The notes below the pieces were generated by a model that was not told where the DNA came from, ran no database searches, and saw only the letters and a list, made by a program, of their open reading frames with translations. A program made the position numbers and the translations under genes. Of a stretch of DNA of 51,413 nucleotides, positions 1-8,464 are shown in pieces; positions within the stretch are counted from its first letter, which is position 1, and every line of letters begins with the position of its first letter. The DNA is taken from the IMG/VR virus record IMGVR_UViG_2563366798_000003, positions 1 through 51,413 of that record. One strand, given 5' to 3'. Source of the stretch: a virus (lineage: Duplodnaviria > Heunggongvirae > Uroviricota > Caudoviricetes).

Positions 1-1143
1 CTATGCTGTTTTGATATCTACGATAATCCAGTCTTTACCACGATCATCATTGTATCGGTCGGTCATTTTTCTGGATTTATGACCTAACAACTTTTGCGTA
101 TCCAGCCCCTGTTCCCGATATAACCGTTCTGACAGAGATCGCTGCTCATGAAATGTGGGCGCAGTTCCTGGCTCCCATTTTATGCCACATTTTTCCCTGG
201 CCTTTTTAAAAGCCGTTGTAAGAGTATTTGCAGAAACCTGGTCTCCTCTGTTTGCTTGAGAGGTAGTGTGACGGTAATGGACCAGATATTTACTAACAAC
301 AGCATCCCTGCACTGAGATATAACTTCACGAAGGGTAATATTCAGAGCATCGCATTTCAGGCTAAGCGGAATAGCAAGTTTTGAACCGGTTTTTTCCTGA
401 GTAATGTGCAACATGTCGTCCCATATATCAGAGAATTTCAAATTGCAGATATCGCCTAAACGTTGTCCAGTGACAAGAGCAAGTAGCATCCCGCATTTTA
501 AATAGGGCTGCCGTCTGCTTACGCTGTCAAATATTGCCTGCCATTCGGACAGTGATAATCTTTGGCGGTTTACTCGATTTCGCGGTTGTTTTGTTGCCTG
601 CGCTGGGTTAAATCCTGGCGGAACATGTCCTGCGTGTTGTGCTTCTTTGAAGACGTCGATCAACACCATTCTCACGACTTGCGCCATCCTGTTATGACCT
701 TCAGCCTTTACAGCATCAATTATTTCGGCAATATCAAGTGCGGTAATATCCTTGAGGTGTTGCATTCCACAATGCTCACGGAAGAGACGAATGGGTTTGC
801 CTTTTTGCCGATAGGAGTTGGGTCTTAGTTCATTATGTTGCAGCCTGTCCTCCTGGATAGAAATATATTTATCAAGCCATTCTGTCACCGTAATGTCTGA
901 GCGCCTGCCTTTCATTCTTTCCAGACGCTCATTGACGCTTAATATTTGTCGGGTACGTTGTTCAGCAATAATGGTATTTGCTTCAGTAGCAACCTGTTTT
1001 GCTTCATTCTCATCAGTTCCTAAACTATGAAAACGACCGGATAGTGGATGTTTGTATTGCCAATATACCTTTCCGGTTCGCTTATCTAATTTGCAATATA
1101 AATTGGGTATAGAGATTTTGTGAGATCGGGGTCTAGCAGCCAT
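1..1143 (-). CDS. int: tyrosine integrase, lambda Int family
   Basis: 380-aa ORF; C-terminal region (TFHEQRSLSERLY...LLGHKSRKMTDRY) resembles the lambda Int catalytic C-terminus; stop codon at positions 1-3; overlaps upstream xis-like ORF by 11 nt. Confidence 0.9.
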   Translation of the reverse strand: MAARPRSHKISIPNLYCKLDKRTGKVYWQYKHPLSGRFHSLGTDENEAKQVATEANTIIAEQRTRQILSVNERLERMKGRRSDITVTEWLDKYISIQEDRLQHNELRPNSYRQKGKPIRLFREHCGMQHLKDITALDIAEIIDAVKAEGHNRMAQVVRMVLIDVFKEAQHAGHVPPGFNPAQATKQPRNRVNRQRLSLSEWQAIFDSVSRRQPYLKCGMLLALVTGQRLGDICNLKFSDIWDDMLHITQEKTGSKLAIPLSLKCDALNITLREVISQCRDAVVSKYLVHYRHTTSQANRGDQVSANTLTTAFKKAREKCGIKWEPGTAPTFHEQRSLSERLYREQGLDTQKLLGHKSRKMTDRYNDDRGKDWIIVDIKTA

Positions 1144-1369
1144 CAGCGATTATCCGTTGGAGTTTTGGGTTTGCGTTGATTGGGAGTTGCGGTTCTGCAA
1201 GCGTTCCTACAAAACGGGAATTTCGGTCAATCATCCAGTAGCGACCAACTTTTATAGCGGGTGGGGCCATCATTTTCCCTTGCGCGTATTTTTTCAGAAC
1301 TCGCTCACTTGGTGCTAAGTCCCCAAATTCTTCTTTAGCCCAGTCCTGTAAAGTGATTAGTCGAGACAT
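1133..1369 (-). CDS. xis: putative excisionase
   Basis: 78-aa ORF immediately upstream of and overlapping int on the same strand, the canonical xis position; no sequence identity to lambda Xis recognised. Confidence 0.55.
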   Translation of the reverse strand: MSRLITLQDWAKEEFGDLAPSERVLKKYAQGKMMAPPAIKVGRYWMIDRNSRFVGTLAEPQLPINANPKLQRIIADGC

Positions 1370-1508
1370 TTGTCCTCCTCTTAGCTGCTGAGGGAGTTTG
1401 TGACCGATATATCTGACATGATATTAAGCTTATGGCAGGTACATCTCTTGACTGGTCATAGAGATAAATTTAATGCTGAGAAATGCAGTATTGAATTTAT
1501 CAATTTTT

Positions 1509-1748
1509 CTATTTCCTGCGTATGGCACGTAACTTCTTAATGTGTTCTGCCGTTTCGATCTCTTCTGCTATCCGATCTGCATCAGCTTTATTCACAGGTT
1601 CAAAGTCATGATTAAAGCGGAACATGCTGGCGATACATGTTCTGCCTTTTCGGATGTAGTGAACTTTGTTGTGGGTAGAACGCAGGATTTTGCAGGGAGT
1701 GCCGTGGTGATCGACGTACCAGGTGTTAGGAAAAATGATTCTGAACAT
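1509..1748 (-). CDS. hypothetical protein (79 aa)
   Basis: ORF in the int-proximal accessory region, same strand as the pL operon. Confidence 0.4.
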   Translation of the reverse strand: MFRIIFPNTWYVDHHGTPCKILRSTHNKVHYIRKGRTCIASMFRFNHDFEPVNKADADRIAEEIETAEHIKKLRAIRRK

Positions 1749-1795
1749 TTTTACACCTCAATTGGACGATGTTAAAATTTGCTGCTTTGAGGCCA

Positions 1796-2014
1796 TCACA
1801 GTCCCCATTGTTTGTTCTTAAGTTCGATCTCCTCCTGGCAACTTGCACAAGTCCGACAACCCTGAACGGCCAGGCGTCTTCGTTCATCTATCGGATCGCC
1901 ACACTCACAACAATGAGTGGCAGATATAGCCTGGTGGTTCAGGCGGCGCATTTTTATTGCTGTGTTGCGCTGTAATTCTTCAATTTCTGATGCTGAATCA
2001 ATGATGTCTGCCAT
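1796..2014 (-). CDS. TraR/DksA-type C4 zinc-finger protein
   Basis: 72 aa with CCECGDPI...CRTCASC four-cysteine motif typical of phage TraR/DksA-like zinc fingers. Confidence 0.6.
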   Translation of the reverse strand: MADIIDSASEIEELQRNTAIKMRRLNHQAISATHCCECGDPIDERRRLAVQGCRTCASCQEEIELKNKQWGL

Positions 2015-2112
2015 CTTTCATTAATCCCTGAATTGTTGGTTAATACGCTTGAGGGTGAATGCGAATAATAAAAAAGGAGCCTGTAGCTCCATGATGATTT
2101 TGTTTTTCATGT

Positions 2113-2328
2113 TCACCGTTCCTTAAAGACGCCGTTTAACATGCCGATCGCCAGGCTTAAATGAGTCGGTGTGAATCCCATCAGCGTTACCGTTTCGCGG
2201 TGCTTCTTTAGTACGCTACGGCAAATGTCATTGACGTTTTTATCCGGAAACTGCTGTCTGGCTTTTTTGATTTCATAATTAGCCTGACGGGCAATGCTGC
2301 GAAGGGCGTTATTATGTTCTATTGTCAT
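2113..2328 (-). CDS. hypothetical protein (71 aa from internal ATG; longer 117-aa form would overlap the upstream gene)
   Basis: ORF 2113..2466 in track; ATG at 2328 gives a non-overlapping 71-aa product directly after the stop of the 250-aa gene. Confidence 0.35.
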   Translation of the reverse strand: MTIEHNNALRSIARQANYEIKKARQQFPDKNVNDICRSVLKKHRETVTLMGFTPTHLSLAIGMLNGVFKER

Positions 2329-2335
2329 ATTGGCC

Positions 2336-3088
2336 TCACACTTCGAATGCCAGTTGAGGGGTAAAGACGTCCCGTTCAGCGTTGTAATTAAGTGAACTGG
2401 CACTGTTGAATGATTCAATGCGTTCCACAAGAACTTGCGTACGGGTTTCTTTACTTGCGGGAGCATATGGCGAACCTACCCAGGATTTGTCGATGCCTAT
2501 ATTTCTTGCGACGTTCGTGCTGTCTGCAGACGAAAGCGGTACATGAGTAAAAATGTCTTTATTTAACATCCGTAACCCATGAATCTTGGTGATTGGGTAG
2601 CCGTACTGATCTACAACATGACGTATAAGATCGCGTAGTTTAGCCCGACACGCTCTCGGTCGTTTTGCATCGTATTCCCCCATCGAGCCGATGCAGACGC
2701 GGGGAAACTCATGGCACAGACGAATAAATCGCTCATCCGGTTCGTTCATGTGCCACACCGGAGCACCAATAAATTTACCGTGAGGCCATGCCGCAATCAG
2801 GGCGTCATTCTCTTCACTGGTTCCGCCGATAACATCCGGGATAACCGCGAATGAGAAACGAGGGTGATTACCCCAGCGTTCAACAAATCTGTAATATTCA
2901 TTCCAGTCTATGGCCTTGTTTTTTGTCCAGAATGTGAATGCACCATTATCAAGAGCAAATGATTGGGTGACTTCGGAAGCCAGATCAATCTGAGCTGGAT
3001 TAGCAAAACTGATGAATGCGTGTCTGCCTTTCCAGGCTTTCAACGCACAGGTATCGGGAGTTATTGGACCACCGTGAAAATGAATCAT
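2336..3088 (-). CDS. hypothetical protein (250 aa); weak resemblance to the tRNA-guanine transglycosylase/DpdA D-x-G-G-F motif
   Basis: Long ORF with start overlapping the stop of the upstream micro-ORF (ATGA); contains LDNGAF motif reminiscent of TGT DSGGFQ; no confident family assignment. Confidence 0.7.
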   Translation of the reverse strand: MIHFHGGPITPDTCALKAWKGRHAFISFANPAQIDLASEVTQSFALDNGAFTFWTKNKAIDWNEYYRFVERWGNHPRFSFAVIPDVIGGTSEENDALIAAWPHGKFIGAPVWHMNEPDERFIRLCHEFPRVCIGSMGEYDAKRPRACRAKLRDLIRHVVDQYGYPITKIHGLRMLNKDIFTHVPLSSADSTNVARNIGIDKSWVGSPYAPASKETRTQVLVERIESFNSASSLNYNAERDVFTPQLAFEV

Positions 3089-3243
3089 ACACTCTCCCGT
3101 TTATTATTTATCTCCTCAGCCAGCCGCTGGGCTTTCAGCGGATTTCGGATAACAGAAAGGCCGGGAAATACCCAGCCTCGCTTTGTAACGGAGTAGACGA
3201 AAGTGATCGCGCCTACCCGGATATTATCGTGAGGATGCTTCAT
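3085..3243 (-). CDS. small protein (52 aa), translationally coupled between exo and the 250-aa gene
   Basis: ATG overlaps the exo stop (ATGA) and its stop overlaps the ATG of the next gene (ATGA); a divergent second copy lies at 51059-51154. Confidence 0.4.
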   Translation of the reverse strand: MKHPHDNIRVGAITFVYSVTKRGWVFPGLSVIRNPLKAQRLAEEINNKRESV

Positions 3244-3920
3244 TGCCATTGCTCCCCATATACAAAACCAATTTCAGCCAGTGCCTCGTCCATTTTTTCG
3301 ATGAACTCCGGCACCATCTCGTCAAAACTCGCCATGTACTTTTCATTCCGCTCAACCACGACATAATGCAGGCCTTCACGCTTCATGCGCGGGTCATAGT
3401 TGGCAAAGTACCAGGCATCTTTTCGCGTCACCCACATGCTGTACTGCACCTGGGCCATGTAAGCCGATTTTATTGCCTCGAAACCACCGAGCCGGAATTT
3501 CATGAAATCCCGGGAGGTAAACGGGCATTTCAGTTCAAGGCCGTTGCCGTCACTGCATAAACCATCGGGAGAGCAGGCGGTGCGCATACTTTCGTCGCGA
3601 TAGATGATCGGGGATTCAGTAACATTCACGCCGGAAGTGAACTCAAAGAGGGCTCTGGCGTCGTTCTCGTACTGTTTTCCCCAGGCCAGCGCCTTAGCGT
3701 TAACTTCCGGAGCCACACCGGTGCAAACCTCGGCAAGCAGGGTGTGGAAGTAGGACATTTTCATGTCAGGCCATTTCTTTCCGGAGCGGGGTTTTGCTAT
3801 CACATTGTGAACTTCTGAAGCGGTGATGACGCCGAGCCGTAATTTGTGCCACGCATCATCCCCCTGTTCGACAGCTCTCACGTCGATCCCGGTACGCTGC
3901 AGGATAATGTCCGGTGTCAT
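3240..3920 (-). CDS. exo: lambda-type exonuclease (Red alpha)
   Basis: 226-aa ORF matching the lambda Exo sequence from memory almost residue for residue ([50 protein letters not shown]...). Confidence 0.95.
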   Translation of the reverse strand: MTPDIILQRTGIDVRAVEQGDDAWHKLRLGVITASEVHNVIAKPRSGKKWPDMKMSYFHTLLAEVCTGVAPEVNAKALAWGKQYENDARALFEFTSGVNVTESPIIYRDESMRTACSPDGLCSDGNGLELKCPFTSRDFMKFRLGGFEAIKSAYMAQVQYSMWVTRKDAWYFANYDPRMKREGLHYVVVERNEKYMASFDEMVPEFIEKMDEALAEIGFVYGEQWQ

Positions 3921-4702
3921 GCAGCCACCTTCTGTTCAGAGGCTTTCTGTTTCAGGAATCCAAGAGCTTTCATTGCTTCTGCCTGTGTCAGTTCTGACGA
4001 TGCGCGAATGTCGCGGCGAAATATCTGGGAACAGAGTGGCAATAAGTCGTCATCCCATGTTTTATCCAGGGCGATCAGCAGAGTGTTAATCTCCTGCATG
4101 GTTTCATCGTTAACCGGAGTGATGTCGCGTTCCGGCTGGCGTTCTGCAGTGTATGCAGTATTTTCGACAATGCGCTCGGCTTCATCCTTGTCATAGATAC
4201 CAGCAAATCCGAAGGCCAGACGGGCACACTGAATCATGGCTTTATGCCGTAACATTCGTTTGGGATGCGACTGCCACGGCCCCGTGATTTCTCTGCCTTC
4301 GCGAGTTTTGAATGGTTCGCGGCGGCATTCATCCATCCATTCGGTAACGCAGATCGGATGATTACGGTCCTTGCGGTAAATCCGGCATGTACAGGATTCA
4401 TTGTCCTGTTCAAAGTCCATGCCGTCAAACTGCTGGTTTTCGTTGATGATGCGGGACCAGCCATCAACGCCCACCACCGGAACGATGCCGTTCTGCTTAT
4501 CAGGGAAGGCGTAAATTTCTTTCGTCCACGGATTAAGGCCGTATTGGTTGGCGACGATCAGCAATGCGATGAACTGCGCATCGCTGGCATCGCCTTTAAA
4601 TGCTGTCTGGCGAAGAGTGGTGATCAGTTCCTGTGGGTCGACAGAATCCATGCCGACACGTTCAGCCAGCTTCCCTGCCAGCGTTGCGAGTGCTGTACTC
4701 AT
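3917..4702 (-). CDS. bet: single-strand annealing protein Bet (Red beta)
   Basis: 261-aa ORF matching lambda Bet ([69 protein letters not shown]...); overlaps exo start by 4 nt. Confidence 0.95.
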   Translation of the reverse strand: MSTALATLAGKLAERVGMDSVDPQELITTLRQTAFKGDASDAQFIALLIVANQYGLNPWTKEIYAFPDKQNGIVPVVGVDGWSRIINENQQFDGMDFEQDNESCTCRIYRKDRNHPICVTEWMDECRREPFKTREGREITGPWQSHPKRMLRHKAMIQCARLAFGFAGIYDKDEAERIVENTAYTAERQPERDITPVNDETMQEINTLLIALDKTWDDDLLPLCSQIFRRDIRASSELTQAEAMKALGFLKQKASEQKVAA

Positions 4703-4707
4703 CCGTT

Positions 4708-5004
4708 TTATACCTCTGAATCAATATCAACCTGATGGTGAGCAATGGTTTCAACCATGTACCGGATGTGTTCTGCCATGCGCTCCTGAAACTCAACATC
4801 GTCATCAAACGCACGGGTAATGGCTTTTTTGCTGGCCCCGTGGCGTTGCAAATGATCGATGCATAGCGATTCAAACAGGTGCTGGGGCAGGCCTTTTTCC
4901 ATGTCGTCTGCCAGTTCTGCCTCTTTCTCTTCACGGGCGATCTGCTGGTAGTGACGCGCCCAGCTTTGAGCCTCAAGACGATCCTGAATGTAATAAGCGT
5001 TCAT
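4708..5004 (-). CDS. gam: RecBCD inhibitor Gam (short GamS-length form)
   Basis: 98-aa ORF matching the C-terminal 98 residues of lambda Gam; AGGAG Shine-Dalgarno 7 nt upstream; in-frame stop at 5059-5061 excludes the long form. Confidence 0.9.
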   Translation of the reverse strand: MNAYYIQDRLEAQSWARHYQQIAREEKEAELADDMEKGLPQHLFESLCIDHLQRHGASKKAITRAFDDDVEFQERMAEHIRYMVETIAHHQVDIDSEV

Positions 5005-5079
5005 GGCTGAACTCCTGAAAATGGCTGTGAAAATATCGCCCGCTAAATGCCAGGCTGATTAGGTAAACAGGAAAGGGGA

Positions 5080-5286
5080 TTAGTGATTCAGGCCGTTGCC
5101 GCGTCCGTCGAGAAAAACTTCCACGAGCAAATCACGGGTATAAGTGCGCTCGATGCCGCGATGCAGATAAAGCCGTCCGCGTAAATTAGCTGATGCAGTC
5201 CAGGTACCATCTTTGTGTTTGACCAGCATTCCTGGCATGACCGCACCGCGATTAACGGTCTGCGTTCCGTAATGTTGATGAACCAT
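5080..5286 (-). CDS. hypothetical protein (68 aa), first well-supported gene downstream of the pL-like region
   Basis: ATG preceded by AGGAG at optimal spacing; position corresponds to the lambda kil/cIII/N early-left block, but no similarity recognised. Confidence 0.45.
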   Translation of the reverse strand: MVHQHYGTQTVNRGAVMPGMLVKHKDGTWTASANLRGRLYLHRGIERTYTRDLLVEVFLDGRGNGLNH

Positions 5287-5559
5287 AAAAACTCCTGCCC
5301 GTAAGCTGGGCTGCTGAACAAATAAGGGGTTGCGCAGTATCTGGCGGTGGATGGCCGCCGGTTGTCATAACTAAGTCGCCTCGTTGAAGCAACTGAGGTA
5401 TGAAGTGTTGAGTTGATTTCAGCTGGTCACACCGACGTTCACGCGTCCGTTTCACCCCTCGCACTCCCCGGAGCCTGCTGAAATTCAAGCTGCGGATCTA
5501 AGCGGTCATCGCAACGGTGAATCAGGTGGTTGCCGTATCGTTGTGTTGTTGCGACATGG

Positions 5560-5645
5560 TGATAATAGCTATTGCTATTGGTGATATCAATGCTTATTGC
5601 TATTGTTAGATGTGTTTTGCTATTAAATGTTTGATAGCAAAAAGA
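5560..5645 (-). promoter_or_regulatory. putative OL/pL operator-promoter region
   Basis: Three direct copies of TTGCTATT (5572, 5597, 5617) plus inverted ATAGCAA (5634-5640); same half-site recurs in the cI-cro intergenic region. Confidence 0.45.
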
Positions 5646-5730
5646 ATTAATTTTGTAACTTGAATCGCATAGCGATAACTGAAGCGAGGTCGTGGTGGTT
5701 TTTTGAACGGTTTGTGTGATGAGGGGAGGC

Positions 5731-5757
5731 AAAAGAAAACCCGGCACGGTGGCCGGG
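5731..5757 (-). terminator. rho-independent terminator after the 317-aa gene
   Basis: CCCGGC / GCCGGG stem (5740-5745, 5752-5757) followed on the minus strand by a U-run (plus-strand AAAAGAAAA 5731-5739). Confidence 0.5.
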
Positions 5758-5762
5758 TATCT

Positions 5763-6716
5763 TTATTCGAATGGAAGATCTATTTGCCTTTGAGGATTCA
5801 ACTGTTTTTTTACATGCTCAATTTCGAATATGGTTTTTATGGCATCTCCGATCATATATTGAGTTACTTTTAAATCTACAAGTAACATATCACCTTTAGA
5901 AAAATTTAAGGTGTTGTTATCAATATCGCTGATGAATTTCTGGTCTTTTATTTCAGCCAAAAAGCTACTGGCACCATCAGAAAACCGCCACCGGCTTCCT
6001 TCATTGAAGGAAATATTTTTAATTTGAAGGGCTTTCTCTACTGTGTACTCTGAAATTATTGATTCTGCTGGTAGATTGACTTTGAAATAATGTGCTTCTT
6101 GCTTGTTGATCGTCATGAATGTCAAACCATCATCGACAGTAGAGGCAAAGCTGTCAATGCCTTCCTGCTCTAATGGCTTACTTATAACTTCTTGTAATGA
6201 AGAGCGAAGTTTAATATTTTTATAAAGTTCAATAACGTTACTGTCGTAGATCTCGCTTTCGTCATCAACAAAGACTTCGATGTTGCTATCAGGCAAATTG
6301 TGTAATTTTTTTATTTTCCTTGGACCTATCCATTTTATCAGTTGAATTAGGCCTTTGCATATTTTTTCTTTAGAACCAGGACAGAGTCCAATAAAAGCAA
6401 TCAAATTCGCAGCGGCTGTTGCTGAATCGCCGGATAAAAAATCAACAGCCTGTTTGAACCAAGATGTAGATGAGGCAACCAGATCTATTCCAAATGAGCC
6501 AGCTTTAAATGATGCATTGACTTTTACAGAAACAACAGTCTTGTTTCCGTAGAGAGTTTTACCGGCTTCCTCTAATGCATCTGATAGTGATAGAAGGGCA
6601 GGAGCAAGGTCTCGCACGTTCATTTCATGCGTTTCCAGTGCCGGACCGTCGTATACTATCCTGAACTTCATATCATTGGTTTCCGAATTGTTGCCCGCAT
6701 CCATTATGGCATTCAC
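5763..6716 (-). CDS. hypothetical protein (317 aa) in the lysogenic rex slot between cI and pL
   Basis: Long AT-rich ORF on the cI strand, directly downstream of cI and followed by a terminator; no recognisable domain; start ambiguous (ATG at 6716 or 6704). Confidence 0.75.
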   Translation of the reverse strand: MNAIMDAGNNSETNDMKFRIVYDGPALETHEMNVRDLAPALLSLSDALEEAGKTLYGNKTVVSVKVNASFKAGSFGIDLVASSTSWFKQAVDFLSGDSATAAANLIAFIGLCPGSKEKICKGLIQLIKWIGPRKIKKLHNLPDSNIEVFVDDESEIYDSNVIELYKNIKLRSSLQEVISKPLEQEGIDSFASTVDDGLTFMTINKQEAHYFKVNLPAESIISEYTVEKALQIKNISFNEGSRWRFSDGASSFLAEIKDQKFISDIDNNTLNFSKGDMLLVDLKVTQYMIGDAIKTIFEIEHVKKQLNPQRQIDLPFE

Positions 6717-6777
6717 CTGATCACATATACAGTTAATTTACGATATTGTCTTAAATCTTAAAACTTCTATTGTATGG

Positions 6778-7506
6778 CTACCCATGCTTCCTATACGTCT
6801 GCGGCATGCTCCCAATAACCTTACCGAAGATGAACACCCGGTTCATCTCGTCTTTCTCGATCGGGTCCCAAGGTGAGTAGCTCTTGTTATCAGAGATAAC
6901 CAGCAGCTTATCCTTCATCATTTGCAGACGCTTTACATGGGCTGTGTCGTCGTACAGAAACGCATAGATACCATCACCGTCGAAAGATTTAACCGTGATA
7001 TCAACGAACAGCAGATCACCTGGTTCGATCGTTCCTGACATGCTGTCACCACGCACGTTAATGATGCGGATATTTTCCGCCTTCCTGCCATCGAACATGT
7101 GACGAGCATCGTCAAACGAGTACTCAACCGAGCGTAGAACTTCTACAAACTCACGATTGATGACACCCGGCCCGGCACTGACTTCTATATCAAGAACGTC
7201 AATCTTGAAGTATTTGGAATGGTTGACAGCAGGCTTCCCTGATTGTTGACCGTCATTTCTCATCGGGCCTATGCCTGATGAGAGCCACTCAGTTCGAACA
7301 CCCAATGCATTAGCTATTTCAACAATTTTTGTTGAGCCGCGCGCGTTGCCGCTTGTCAGTCTCCAGATTGTGGGTTGAGCTACGCCAGACGCCTTTGCAA
7401 GAGCGCCTTGAGACATTCCAGATTGTTCCATCGCTAGGTTTAAGCGATCAGCAAGAGTTTCTTTTTTCATAAGTTTTAATTTATACGCTCGCGTATTGAT
7501 GGTCAA
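6778..7506 (-). CDS. cI: CI-type repressor (HTH + S24 LexA-like peptidase domain)
   Basis: 242 aa; N-terminal HTH (MSQGALAKASGVAQPTIWRL), C-terminal S24 signature GDSM and putative Ala-Gly cleavage site; divergent from the Cro-like gene. Confidence 0.9.
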   Translation of the reverse strand: MTINTRAYKLKLMKKETLADRLNLAMEQSGMSQGALAKASGVAQPTIWRLTSGNARGSTKIVEIANALGVRTEWLSSGIGPMRNDGQQSGKPAVNHSKYFKIDVLDIEVSAGPGVINREFVEVLRSVEYSFDDARHMFDGRKAENIRIINVRGDSMSGTIEPGDLLFVDITVKSFDGDGIYAFLYDDTAHVKRLQMMKDKLLVISDNKSYSPWDPIEKDEMNRVFIFGKVIGSMPQTYRKHG

Positions 7507-7580
7507 AACACGTTTTGCTATTGATTGGGTTAATACGCATTGCTATTATCTATTCATTGCAATACCAATAGGAATTGATA
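7507..7580. promoter_or_regulatory. putative OR/pR/pRM operator region
   Basis: Divergent cI/cro intergenic region with near-palindrome CAAAACACGTTTTG (7506-7519) and two TTGCTATT half-sites. Confidence 0.5.
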
Positions 7581-7808
7581 ATGACAAATCAAACCATTCA
7601 ACTCGCAATCAGTATTACAGGTAGTCAAAAACGACTGGCAGATCTATGCGGTGTAGCCCAACCCACTGTTTGGCGTTGGCTACACGGTGGCGGAATTGAT
7701 GCCCGCTATGTAATGAAAATTGTCTCAGCCACTGGTGGAAAGATTAAACCAGCAGATATTCGTCCCGACCTCGCACCATTGTTTAACGCGAGTAATTCTG
7801 CCGCCTAA
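7581..7808 (+). CDS. cro: Cro-like HTH regulator
   Basis: 75 aa from ATG at 7581 (AGGAA SD upstream); HTH QKRLADLCGVAQPTVWRW; divergently transcribed from cI. Confidence 0.75.
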   Translation: MTNQTIQLAISITGSQKRLADLCGVAQPTVWRWLHGGGIDARYVMKIVSATGGKIKPADIRPDLAPLFNASNSAA

Positions 7809-7832
7809 ACTGCGGCGTTAACTGATAAGGCA

Positions 7833-8378
7833 ATGACTATGCAATCACTTACATACCAACAGACTAGCGGATTTAGCCCGACTGCGGTGATAAATCGTTC
7901 TCAAACAAAACAGGCGCCAGGCCACGAAAAAATCCGTGATGCCGTTCGCGCCTGGTCGGCTGCAGATAATCAGGATGTTGTTGCCGCACTCATTGTGAAT
8001 GAGTATCGGGAGCAGGGCGGCGGCACCATCGATTTCCCTGATGATGTCAGCCGTGCACGCCAGAAGCTGTTCCGCTTCCTCGATAACAAATTCGATTCTG
8101 AAAAATACCGAAATAACGTGCGTGAACTGACCCCGGCAATTCTGGCGGTACTACCGCTGGAATATCGCGGCCACCTGGTTGGGCAGGATAGCTTCATGGC
8201 TCGGCTGGCTGAAATGGAAAAGGAACTCAGTGAGGCAAAACAGGCTGTCATTCTCAACGCACCACGCCACCAGAAACTGAAGGAGATGAGTGAAGGCATT
8301 GTGTCGATGTTTCGTGTGGACCCGGATCTGGCTGGTCCACTGATGGCGATGGTCACCACCATGCTGGGGGCAATATGA
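7833..8378 (+). CDS. early regulatory protein in the cII position (181 aa)
   Basis: ORF between cro and O; larger than lambda CII and not recognisably homologous. Confidence 0.55.
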   Translation: MTMQSLTYQQTSGFSPTAVINRSQTKQAPGHEKIRDAVRAWSAADNQDVVAALIVNEYREQGGGTIDFPDDVSRARQKLFRFLDNKFDSEKYRNNVRELTPAILAVLPLEYRGHLVGQDSFMARLAEMEKELSEAKQAVILNAPRHQKLKEMSEGIVSMFRVDPDLAGPLMAMVTTMLGAI

Positions 8379-8464
8379 CAGGTTCAGAAATGGCGAAAGC
8401 CGGTCTGCGCGAACAGAACCGACTTTCAGGTGCAAATCGTAACACACTCATTGCGGGAGGAATT

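Noticed and set aside
2329-2466. Long form of the 117-aa ORF
   Set aside because: Its first 46 codons overlap the 3' end of the 250-aa gene in another frame; the internal ATG at 2328 gives a non-overlapping product
4265-4735. 156-aa plus-strand ORF
   Set aside because: Antisense to bet, whose protein matches lambda Bet; no SD; spurious
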